This document shows positions 16,939 through 24,397 of a stretch of DNA of 29,348 nt, piece by piece. The stretch spans positions 1-29,348 of the IMG/VR virus record IMGVR_UViG_3300037566_000056. One strand, given 5' to 3'. Source of the stretch: a virus (Duplodnaviria > Caudoviricetes). Position 1 is the first letter of the stretch; each line of letters begins with the position of its first letter. The notes under the pieces were generated by a model. The model ran no database searches and was not told the DNA's origin. It saw only the letters and a list, made by a program, of their open reading frames with translations. Position numbers and translations under genes: made by a program.

Positions 16939-16967
16939 AATCTATCTTTATGCTTGGATAAAGTAAA
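16939..16967 (-). promoter_or_regulatory. Sigma70-type promoter TTTACT-N17-TAGATT for the leftward operon, probably leaderless
   Basis: -35 at 16967-16962 and -10 at 16944-16939. The ATG starts 7 nt after the -10 and there is no SD. Confidence 0.55.
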
Positions 16968-16999
16968 ATGTTAGATTTTCGTTAGATTTAAAAAAGCTG

Positions 17000-17028
17000 T
17001 GTACTTCGCGGCCGGGTTCCGGTACAAT
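17000..17028 (+). promoter_or_regulatory. Promoter TGTACT-N17-TACAAT
   Basis: Same -35 hexamer as three other intergenic sites. Confidence 0.6.
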
Positions 17029-17205
17029 AGAAAGTATACGATAACAAGAAGCGATTGATAACATAGACGCTAACTTACTTAGATTCTCTCATTAACGGTT
17101 CCTACTACATTCCACAGGGATCGATAATCTTATAGCGAATAATAGTTAATTATTCATTGCCTGACCTAGGCTCAAAATAAATCCTAACAAAATTCGTCAA
17201 AAATG

Positions 17206-17233
17206 TGTACTTTTTAGTTGCTAACTGTACAAT
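17206..17233 (+). promoter_or_regulatory. Promoter TGTACT-N16-TACAAT upstream of groEL
   Basis: Recurrent motif, 20 nt upstream of the groEL ATG. Confidence 0.6.
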
Positions 17234-17253
17234 CAAAGTGTAAAGGAGATTTC

Positions 17254-18870
17254 ATGTACAAAAAGATTATAAAGACCCATGACACTTTAAATCAAGTACT
17301 TCCTGCGGTTAAGGAAATTGCGGGTATTGTAAAGACTACGTTAGGCCCAGGAGGACGTCCTATCTTAATACAGAGAGTTGGTCAAGCCTTAAACGGGGAG
17401 CCTCTCGGCCCTAAGATCACCAAAGACGGCGTATCTGTGGCGAATGAATGTGCAAGTAAAGATCCTGAAAAAGATATCATTATCCAAGCAGTAAAGCATA
17501 TTTGCAAAAGAACCAATACTACCGCAGGTGATGGCACTACGACGGCTATCGTGTTAGGCGAAGCTTTAATCACCGAGATGCTTAGTTACATGCAAAATAA
17601 TCCAGATACTAATGTCCAACTTCTTAAAGTATCATTACAAACTGCGGTGGATAGAGCGATAGAACATTTAAAAGACATATCAGTAGAAGCCGATAATTAC
17701 GATCTTATCCAACAAGTAGCAACTCTGTCTGCAAATGGAGATGAGACCGTAGGTAAGATTATCAGAGATGCGTTTGAGGCTGTAGGAGCCAAAGGCGTGG
17801 TAACGATCGACGAAGGTACCACTACCGATATCACTCTAGATGTAGTAGGCGGCTTTCAGTTTAATAGAGGAGCCGAAGGACGTGAAATGTTCTTCAACTC
17901 AAGTGATGGCACCAAATTTGAATCAGACAACTGTGGAGTCATCGTGTTTGACGGAAAACTTAATGACTTTACAAAACTAGCAGCGGCTCTAATGAATATT
18001 GCAGAAAAAGATGCTAATGGAAACGCCAAGTCAGTTCCTCCGGTACTAGTACTAGCTAATGATTTTAGTAACGAAGTACTAACTTGGATTAATATCCAAA
18101 AGACTCAAGCTGGTCTTAATATCTGTCCTGTTAGAGGACCTAATCAAACCACAGTACGAACTGCTTATTATAATGACATCGCGTTCATTACTGGAGGCCA
18201 AAGACTTGGAAATGGAAATCCTGCATTAGAAACTCTAAGTGCTGAGTCAGTAGGCTTCGCAGAGAAAGTAGTAGTAACCAAATACGCCACAACTATTTAT
18301 GCAAAACCTCAAGAAGAGACTCTACTTGGATACGTAGATAAATTAGAGATCCAAAAATCTAAAGCAGAATCGCCGTATGATGCTCAAATCATCAGCGATA
18401 GAATCGCATCACTGACCAACGGTGTGGCTAAAGTAGGAATTGGAGGCGCCACAGACTTTGAAGTCAAAGAGAGATATGATCGAGTTGAAGACGCCTTGAA
18501 CGCCGCTAGAGCTGCTATTGAAGAAGGTGTAGTTCCTGGAGGTGGTATTGCTCTTAGGAAATACGCTGATTTTCTAGAATCCAAAGAAACTCTAACTGAA
18601 GGTGAAATGGTTTTAGCCAACGCTCTTAAATATCCTTTTGAGCAAATACTAACTAATGTCGGATTAGAAGATAAGGCTACCTGTCTATTCGAAGCATTAA
18701 AAGACGAAGACAAATTAACGTATAACGCAAGATCAAAAAAAGTTGTAAACTTTCTTGAAGCAGGAATCGTAGATCCAGTGAAGGTAACACGATTAGCTTT
18801 ACAGAACGCTACCAGTATTGCCGCGCTCCTGAGTACTACTGGTGGTAGCATTATTTATGTCAAGGATTAG
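17254..18870 (+). CDS. groEL: Phage-encoded GroEL-like chaperonin (538 aa)
   Basis: TLGPGGR, ITKDGVSVA, AGDGTTTA, RVEDALNAARAAIEEGVVPGGG and GIVDPVKVTR. Start moved to the ATG at 17254 (AAGGAG RBS). No GGM tail. Confidence 0.95.
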   Translation: MYKKIIKTHDTLNQVLPAVKEIAGIVKTTLGPGGRPILIQRVGQALNGEPLGPKITKDGVSVANECASKDPEKDIIIQAVKHICKRTNTTAGDGTTTAIVLGEALITEMLSYMQNNPDTNVQLLKVSLQTAVDRAIEHLKDISVEADNYDLIQQVATLSANGDETVGKIIRDAFEAVGAKGVVTIDEGTTTDITLDVVGGFQFNRGAEGREMFFNSSDGTKFESDNCGVIVFDGKLNDFTKLAAALMNIAEKDANGNAKSVPPVLVLANDFSNEVLTWINIQKTQAGLNICPVRGPNQTTVRTAYYNDIAFITGGQRLGNGNPALETLSAESVGFAEKVVVTKYATTIYAKPQEETLLGYVDKLEIQKSKAESPYDAQIISDRIASLTNGVAKVGIGGATDFEVKERYDRVEDALNAARAAIEEGVVPGGGIALRKYADFLESKETLTEGEMVLANALKYPFEQILTNVGLEDKATCLFEALKDEDKLTYNARSKKVVNFLEAGIVDPVKVTRLALQNATSIAALLSTTGGSIIYVKD

Positions 18871-18885
18871 ACACTTCTCATGATT

Positions 18886-18917
18886 GAGACCCCTTGCAAG
18901 AAGTGAGGGGTCTTTTT
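18886..18917 (+). terminator. Rho-independent terminator after groEL
   Basis: GAGACCCCTTGC-AAGAA-GTGAGGGGTCTT stem followed by a T run. Confidence 0.8.
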
Positions 18918-18918
18918 A

Positions 18919-18947
18919 TGTACTACTCTTAATTTATTTTGTATGAT
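18919..18947 (+). promoter_or_regulatory. Promoter TGTACT-N17-TATGAT
   Basis: Recurrent motif immediately after the terminator. Confidence 0.6.
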
Positions 18948-18977
18948 TCTAACAGAAACCTGCCAACAAGGATAACA

Positions 18978-19532
18978 ATGCAGATTTTACAACCTGGACA
19001 AACTGTCACATACGATCAAAAAACCAAAGCATCCAACACATACATTTTGTCGGACATAGTTAATGAAGATACGGCGTTGCTTACGCATCCTTTATATCCA
19101 TCAGTTTTTATTAAAGCAGAAGTCAAAAGCCTGAATACAGTATCAGCGGTATTAAAAGATGACACCGAGAGGTGCTTAGATTTTGCTAACAACTTTAAAA
19201 ATGTTTTAGATGCAGATCTCCAAGGAACGCTTGATGGTTTATGCATGTATTTCGTAGTCAATAAAACTCTAACCGCTGGTCAAAAGAAATTATTATCAAA
19301 CATTTGTGGAACTATATTTGCTATAAAAAATGAAAACGATGTCCAATCAGCCATGGACACTGTCAACTATAATAAGAAACTACTAGATGATTTCAACAGA
19401 ATGTGGTATATCAATTTTGAAAAAATCTTTAGTGGCAAAAAGCCAATAACTAGTTCAAAACAACGTACAACAGTATTTAACATAGCTGGGTTCGTATCGG
19501 CACAACTACAAAATCCAGTCGCTACAAGGTGA
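18978..19532 (+). CDS. Hypothetical protein (184 aa)
   Basis: Start revised to the ATG at 18978 (AAGGA RBS, downstream of the promoter); no recognised family. Confidence 0.7.
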   Translation: MQILQPGQTVTYDQKTKASNTYILSDIVNEDTALLTHPLYPSVFIKAEVKSLNTVSAVLKDDTERCLDFANNFKNVLDADLQGTLDGLCMYFVVNKTLTAGQKKLLSNICGTIFAIKNENDVQSAMDTVNYNKKLLDDFNRMWYINFEKIFSGKKPITSSKQRTTVFNIAGFVSAQLQNPVATR

Positions 19533-19538
19533 TATAAT
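19530..19538 (+). promoter_or_regulatory. Extended -10 element TGATATAAT upstream of the A1-like gene
   Basis: TGnTATAAT about 30 nt before the ATG. Confidence 0.45.
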
Positions 19539-19569
19539 TAATTAACAGATCACTTCAGGAGTACATTTA

Positions 19570-21402
19570 ATGGCAAAACACAACTATACTGACGAGCAGA
19601 TTCAGTTTATAATGGATAGTCGCGTTCAAGGCTATACCTTCGCCGAAATCGCAGAGCAGTTTACAGAAGAATTCGGCGTAAAAAGATCGACGGACCAAAT
19701 TAATGGTACATTCAAAACTCACAAAAGCAAATACGACTTACCTGAAATACAAAAACACCCAGAAAAGAAAAAGAAAGAAACTAAAGCTAAAATAATCAAC
19801 GGATATTTAGAGTTCGTCGATAAAAATAAGTACCTTCCTACATTTTCAGATCTTAATGATCAAGGACTTCCTGAAAGAACTATTAGGGATCACTTTAAAA
19901 ATATTGACGGACTAGACACTGCTGCTAGAGAGGCGTCTCCTTCCGTGTTTAAACAGATCGTTGATGAGTATTCATTCACTGAAGAGCAATTCGAAAAGCT
20001 TAAAAAAGACATCAAAAAACACAAAAGGTTCGTTATTACCACTGCCGTAACTGGATGCGACATACATCAGCCTTCTTTGCAAGCTATTAAAAATTATTGC
20101 AAAAGAAACAAAGCAAAGCTTCTGATATTGCCGTGTTCGGATCCTGCAAAAAGAAATGGTAGGTCTAGATGGCAGTTAGATCACAGAATCGATAGGAAGG
20201 CTGTGGTATTTAAAGATGTTGAACTTAACAGTAAATTCTTTATTTCAACTATTAAACTATCTGCTAAACATATAAATCCCTTAACAGGTTTGTCTAGGAT
20301 CGGCCAGTCTAATGGATCATTTTGTTACGCGTCGCCTAAACAGTCACTTGAATATGTGGCCAATTCTGCTACCAAGAAAATACCAAGAGCTCTAATGACT
20401 ACTGGAGCCATCACTAAATCTCAATACAATACGCAAATGTACATGTCAGAAAGAACTGCATATATCGCAGACTTTGATCATAAGTTAGGAGCTGTTGTGG
20501 TAGAGATAGAAGACGATAAACTTTTCTATTTCAGAACAATAGAAATGAATGAAGAAGACGGATCATTTTATGACATCGATAGAAAATACACGTCTGACGG
20601 CAAAATTTATAAATATAATGGAAAAGACCATACAGCTGACCTGGTACAGTTTGGAGACTATCATGTAGGTGATACTGATCCAGAAGCTAAAGCTGTCGGT
20701 AAGGCAATATGTGATCTGACTAAGCCTAAGTATTTAACCGTAGAAGACTTTTTTAATGGACACTCTATTAGTCATCACGACCAAGGTAAGCTATTAACTG
20801 AAGCTAAAAAAGTTGAGCTAGGATATCATGATCTAGATATTGAATTGAAGGCTAATGGCGATGAACTAAAAGAAATTATGGGCTGGAAAAACCACGGCCA
20901 ATTAGTAGTTAAGTACGGAAACCACGAGGATTTTCTTTATCGCTACCTAAATAATGGTAATTTCACAAAAGACAAAACTAATTTCAAACGTGCAGTAAAT
21001 GTGGCAGATGCAATGCTAAATAGAGATTGGAAAAATCCGTTTGAGTACTGCATGAGAGAACTACAAAACATCGGCGACACCGAAAATATTAAGTTTTTAC
21101 AAGATGAGGACCATAGTTTTGTAATCAACGGAGTAGAAAATGGAGTGCACGGGCACTTAGGACCTAATGGGTCTAGAGGCGGAAGCTTACCAGCAATGGA
21201 GAAAGCCTATGGGTCTGTAAATATTGGTCACTCACACACTGCAGGTATTTGGAGAAACGTATTTAGAGTAGGCACTACTTCATATCTTAAAGTTTCTTAT
21301 AACAAAGGTCCGAGTTCCTGGACACAAACGCATTTAATTCAACATGCAAATGGCGCGCGCCAATTAATTAATTGCATCAATGGTAAATTTAAACTAGATT
21401 AA
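19570..21402 (+). CDS. T5 A1-like protein: N-terminal HTH-like region plus a calcineurin-like metallophosphoesterase/nuclease domain
   Basis: Metal motifs GDYH, EDFFNGHSISHH, GNHE, HGH.GPNGSRG and GHSH. RFVITTA, INPLTGL and YNKGPSSW recall the A1 family. N-terminal YTFAEIAEQF HTH. Confidence 0.7.
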   Translation: MAKHNYTDEQIQFIMDSRVQGYTFAEIAEQFTEEFGVKRSTDQINGTFKTHKSKYDLPEIQKHPEKKKKETKAKIINGYLEFVDKNKYLPTFSDLNDQGLPERTIRDHFKNIDGLDTAAREASPSVFKQIVDEYSFTEEQFEKLKKDIKKHKRFVITTAVTGCDIHQPSLQAIKNYCKRNKAKLLILPCSDPAKRNGRSRWQLDHRIDRKAVVFKDVELNSKFFISTIKLSAKHINPLTGLSRIGQSNGSFCYASPKQSLEYVANSATKKIPRALMTTGAITKSQYNTQMYMSERTAYIADFDHKLGAVVVEIEDDKLFYFRTIEMNEEDGSFYDIDRKYTSDGKIYKYNGKDHTADLVQFGDYHVGDTDPEAKAVGKAICDLTKPKYLTVEDFFNGHSISHHDQGKLLTEAKKVELGYHDLDIELKANGDELKEIMGWKNHGQLVVKYGNHEDFLYRYLNNGNFTKDKTNFKRAVNVADAMLNRDWKNPFEYCMRELQNIGDTENIKFLQDEDHSFVINGVENGVHGHLGPNGSRGGSLPAMEKAYGSVNIGHSHTAGIWRNVFRVGTTSYLKVSYNKGPSSWTQTHLIQHANGARQLINCINGKFKLD

Positions 21403-21404
21403 AT

Positions 21405-21433
21405 TTTACATTCTAACTCTGGTTTGGTAGTAT
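21405..21433 (+). promoter_or_regulatory. Promoter TTTACA-N17-TAGTAT with TG extension
   Basis: Canonical spacing in the intergenic gap before a GGAGG RBS. Confidence 0.6.
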
Positions 21434-21460
21434 ATAAATGACTACTAAACCGGAGGACAC

Positions 21461-21985
21461 ATGAAAGTAGAATTCAAAAAATTAATCGGTAAAACAGAAT
21501 TTACATTTCACGCAGAAGTTAATGACCTAAAAGACTTCTTCAAACAAATCTCAATCTATGAAGACATTCCAGTCATTGGACCAAACGGTGAAGATGACCT
21601 CAAAATCACTTATAGAAAAACTCCAAATGAAGGCTATGAGTACTTTAGTGTTGTTTCTGAGAAAGCAGGAATGGAGTTCAAGTTTGGACAATCTAAAGAC
21701 CTTACTACGATGTTCCCTAAAGGATGGGAACCTCTGTATCAAAATAATAACGTTCCTCAAGAACAAGCTGGAGGCTTAGGTGCTCCAGCACCAACTCCCG
21801 GACTAGGTAATCAACCAGTTCAAAATCAAGCACCTCCTGCTGAAGATTATGCGCCAGCACCAGTGCAAAATACTCCAGCACAGAACGCACCTGCGCAAAC
21901 TCCTGCTACTACGGCTCAGAACCAAACACCTCAAAACGGCGCAGATGTAAATTCAATTTTAAACAAATATGGAATCAACGGATAA
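21461..21985 (+). CDS. Phage protein with a folded N-domain and a P/A/Q-rich disordered linker (possible ssDNA-binding/replication accessory)
   Basis: GGAGG RBS; FKFGQSK....FPK motif; low-complexity linker; replication context. Function is inference. Confidence 0.55.
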   Translation: MKVEFKKLIGKTEFTFHAEVNDLKDFFKQISIYEDIPVIGPNGEDDLKITYRKTPNEGYEYFSVVSEKAGMEFKFGQSKDLTTMFPKGWEPLYQNNNVPQEQAGGLGAPAPTPGLGNQPVQNQAPPAEDYAPAPVQNTPAQNAPAQTPATTAQNQTPQNGADVNSILNKYGING

Positions 21986-21988
21986 ATT

Positions 21989-22303
21989 ATGTCAGACGAA
22001 AACAAGAAAAATCATAGATACCTAGGTAAAGTTAAGTCTCAAACTTTCAATAAAAATGATGGGACTGGATCATTTAATAAAATGACAGTTTTTGTAGATA
22101 ATCCAGATCCGGCAAATGCAGATGGAACTCCAAACAAATATCACAAAGGCGTATTACTTTGGTGCGATGCCGAGACTGGTGCAACTTATCAAGTCAATCA
22201 AATTGATGTGGCTGGCGTAAGCCAACAAGACGCAGGTAGAGGTTTTACTAATTCACTAAGGCTTGATCTGGGCAGTGAATATCACGTAAAGCGTTTAAAA
22301 TAA
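21989..22303 (+). CDS. Hypothetical beta-rich protein (104 aa)
   Basis: Follows the upstream stop by 3 nt. Confidence 0.7.
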   Translation: MSDENKKNHRYLGKVKSQTFNKNDGTGSFNKMTVFVDNPDPANADGTPNKYHKGVLLWCDAETGATYQVNQIDVAGVSQQDAGRGFTNSLRLDLGSEYHVKRLK

Positions 22304-22322
22304 GGTCCTCCAAACCTACAAT

Positions 22323-22365
22323 AATGGCGCTAGGAGTGTACTTCTCCTAGCGCTATTTGTATAAC
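22323..22365 (+). promoter_or_regulatory. Hairpin overlapping the promoter TGTACT-N17-TATAAC upstream of the primase-helicase
   Basis: AATGGCGCTAGGAG-(TGTACTT)-CTCCTAGCGCTATT. The -35 (22337-42) is in the loop and the -10 is at 22360-65. Confidence 0.65.
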
Positions 22366-22381
22366 AAATACAAAGGATTCC

Positions 22382-24394
22382 ATGACGTTCTATAGACTTA
22401 TAAAGCCTGACTGGGCTAAGCCTACTATCAAAAAAGAAAACAATCCAGAATTTGTAAAAGAGGTAGCAGGACCTAACGTCATAGAAGGTTGTATCAAACC
22501 TCAAGACGTTACGGAGCTAAATAAACAAGGCTACAATGCTTATTGGTTTCCGAATCATCCTGATACAAATGTCTATGAAAATAAAGTAAAATACTTATCT
22601 GGATCTATGATCAACGTGTTCAACTATGTATTCGTGGACATGGATCTAAAAGATGGAGTCTATAAAGATAAAGCTCACTTTCTAAGTGTGCTAGAGGCGT
22701 TTCCGGTCAAACCAACTCTTACTGTATCATCAGGTAATGGTGTTCACGCTTATTGGAGAATAGAAAATCTAACTAGAGATCAGTATGTGATCACACAAAT
22801 GGCTCTAATTAATCACTTCAACACGGATCCATCGGTGTATACGGTATTGCAATTGATGAGGCTTCCTGGATCGCTAAACACAAAAAATCCTAATGAATTT
22901 AAAATTGCAAATATTGTAGACCTTCTTTCTTCTGGAGAAGCGTATGAAAGTGTAGGTGTATTTCCTAAGGAGATATTTAATATTCCTGAAGAAAGGATGA
23001 AGAAAGCTCAACTTCATTTAGATAAGCTAGACGGTAAAATTGTTCTAGAGTTTAATGAAGTAAATATCGATGAGCTTCCTGATAAGTTTCTGGACTTAAT
23101 TGAAAGCAATTATAAGATCAAAGAAATATTCGAAGACCCTTTTAGCTACAATGGAGATAGATCATCGGCCGATATGGCGTTGGCAAATATGTTATTTCAT
23201 AAAGGCTTCCATAAAGATGACGCCGTAAAAGTATTAGCCAACACACAAAAAGGACTAGCTAAAGGCAACAACAGAAAAGAGTACGCACAAAATACAGTAC
23301 ATAAAGCATACAATGGCCGTGAGCAAAAGCCACAACAATCTGTGGCTATGGCTGAAAGGCCATCTAAGTTTAAAAACGCCTCGCAACTAATCAATGAAAA
23401 AGATACTAGAAAAAGAGGGCGCCCGGTCAATGGACCTTATTTTCTTGATGGAGGTGTTCTTCACAAACAATGGTCAAGAACTCAATTGCTAGGAATTATT
23501 GCAGGAACAGGCGTCGGTAAAACTGCCTTTACACTTTTTATGTTTAAAGAGATGATCAAAAACAATCCTGATAATGATGACATTTTTTCTTTTCACACTC
23601 TAGAAATGCCGGCTAAAGAGATCGCAGATAGATGGTTAGATTTAGTTGGTCATAATTCTCCATACTCTGATAGACTATATGTAATTCCTAATGAGGACGA
23701 AGAAGGAAATCCAAGGAACATCGGCCTTCAAGAAATGTATGAAGACATCAAACAGCTAGAAAGTGAGACCGGTAAGAAAGTCCACGCTATGGCGGTCGAT
23801 CATATCGGGATTCTCGCCAAACACATTGATATTAGAAAAGAATACAATTTTGGAATTATGTCAGAAGACCACGCAGGATACAGCGATATTAGAACTATGT
23901 CACTTAACAGACTGTGTACAGAACTTAAAACTTTAGCTAAGATGCTTGATGTGTTTATTGTGCCACTTACTCAGACTACTAAAGAGAAAGGTGTAGGCGA
24001 TCTTCCAATCGACAAAGATGGTGCGTATGGTATTAGCCAGTACGAAAATATCATGGACTATATTGTAACTATCTGGCAGCCTCTGATGAGAGTTCATAAA
24101 GATATTGATGAAAGACTTCTAGCTTACCAATATGTGAAAATCAGGCACAAGCATAAAAACGACAAAATACAAACACATTCTCCTAAGTTACTTACGTATA
24201 ACACTGATACGGGAGATTTGACGCCGCCAACTGATGGTGAGTACCGAGTATTTAAAGAGTGGCTACCTAAAGCTAATGCAGCTAGAAAAGCCATCGCAAA
24301 TAAAGAAGCTGTTGGGTATACTAAAACTTTTAAAATAGAAGACATAGAAAGCCTAGTAAAAGGTATCTATTCTGGCCAAAAAGAGGTAAATTAA
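22382..24394 (+). CDS. Primase-helicase: RepB'/AEP-type primase fused to a DnaB-like SF4 helicase
   Basis: Primase motifs FVDMD, SSGNGVHAYW and MRLPGSLNTK; helical DRSSADMALA domain; helicase motifs AGTGVGKT, TLEMP, VDHI and LTQ. Confidence 0.85.
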   Translation: MTFYRLIKPDWAKPTIKKENNPEFVKEVAGPNVIEGCIKPQDVTELNKQGYNAYWFPNHPDTNVYENKVKYLSGSMINVFNYVFVDMDLKDGVYKDKAHFLSVLEAFPVKPTLTVSSGNGVHAYWRIENLTRDQYVITQMALINHFNTDPSVYTVLQLMRLPGSLNTKNPNEFKIANIVDLLSSGEAYESVGVFPKEIFNIPEERMKKAQLHLDKLDGKIVLEFNEVNIDELPDKFLDLIESNYKIKEIFEDPFSYNGDRSSADMALANMLFHKGFHKDDAVKVLANTQKGLAKGNNRKEYAQNTVHKAYNGREQKPQQSVAMAERPSKFKNASQLINEKDTRKRGRPVNGPYFLDGGVLHKQWSRTQLLGIIAGTGVGKTAFTLFMFKEMIKNNPDNDDIFSFHTLEMPAKEIADRWLDLVGHNSPYSDRLYVIPNEDEEGNPRNIGLQEMYEDIKQLESETGKKVHAMAVDHIGILAKHIDIRKEYNFGIMSEDHAGYSDIRTMSLNRLCTELKTLAKMLDVFIVPLTQTTKEKGVGDLPIDKDGAYGISQYENIMDYIVTIWQPLMRVHKDIDERLLAYQYVKIRHKHKNDKIQTHSPKLLTYNTDTGDLTPPTDGEYRVFKEWLPKANAARKAIANKEAVGYTKTFKIEDIESLVKGIYSGQKEVN

Positions 24395-24397
24395 ATT

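Noticed and set aside
17214-17224. CIRCE operator upstream of groEL
   Set aside because: Only TTAG-TTG-CTAA is present, which does not match TTAGCACTC-N9-GAGTGCTAA.
17218-17253. TTG start for groEL at 17218
   Set aside because: It overlaps the promoter. The ATG at 17254 has a strong SD and matches the usual GroEL N-terminus.
21780-21940. Repeat array or CRISPR-like element
   Set aside because: This is a low-complexity P/A/Q/N coding linker with no fixed repeat-spacer period.
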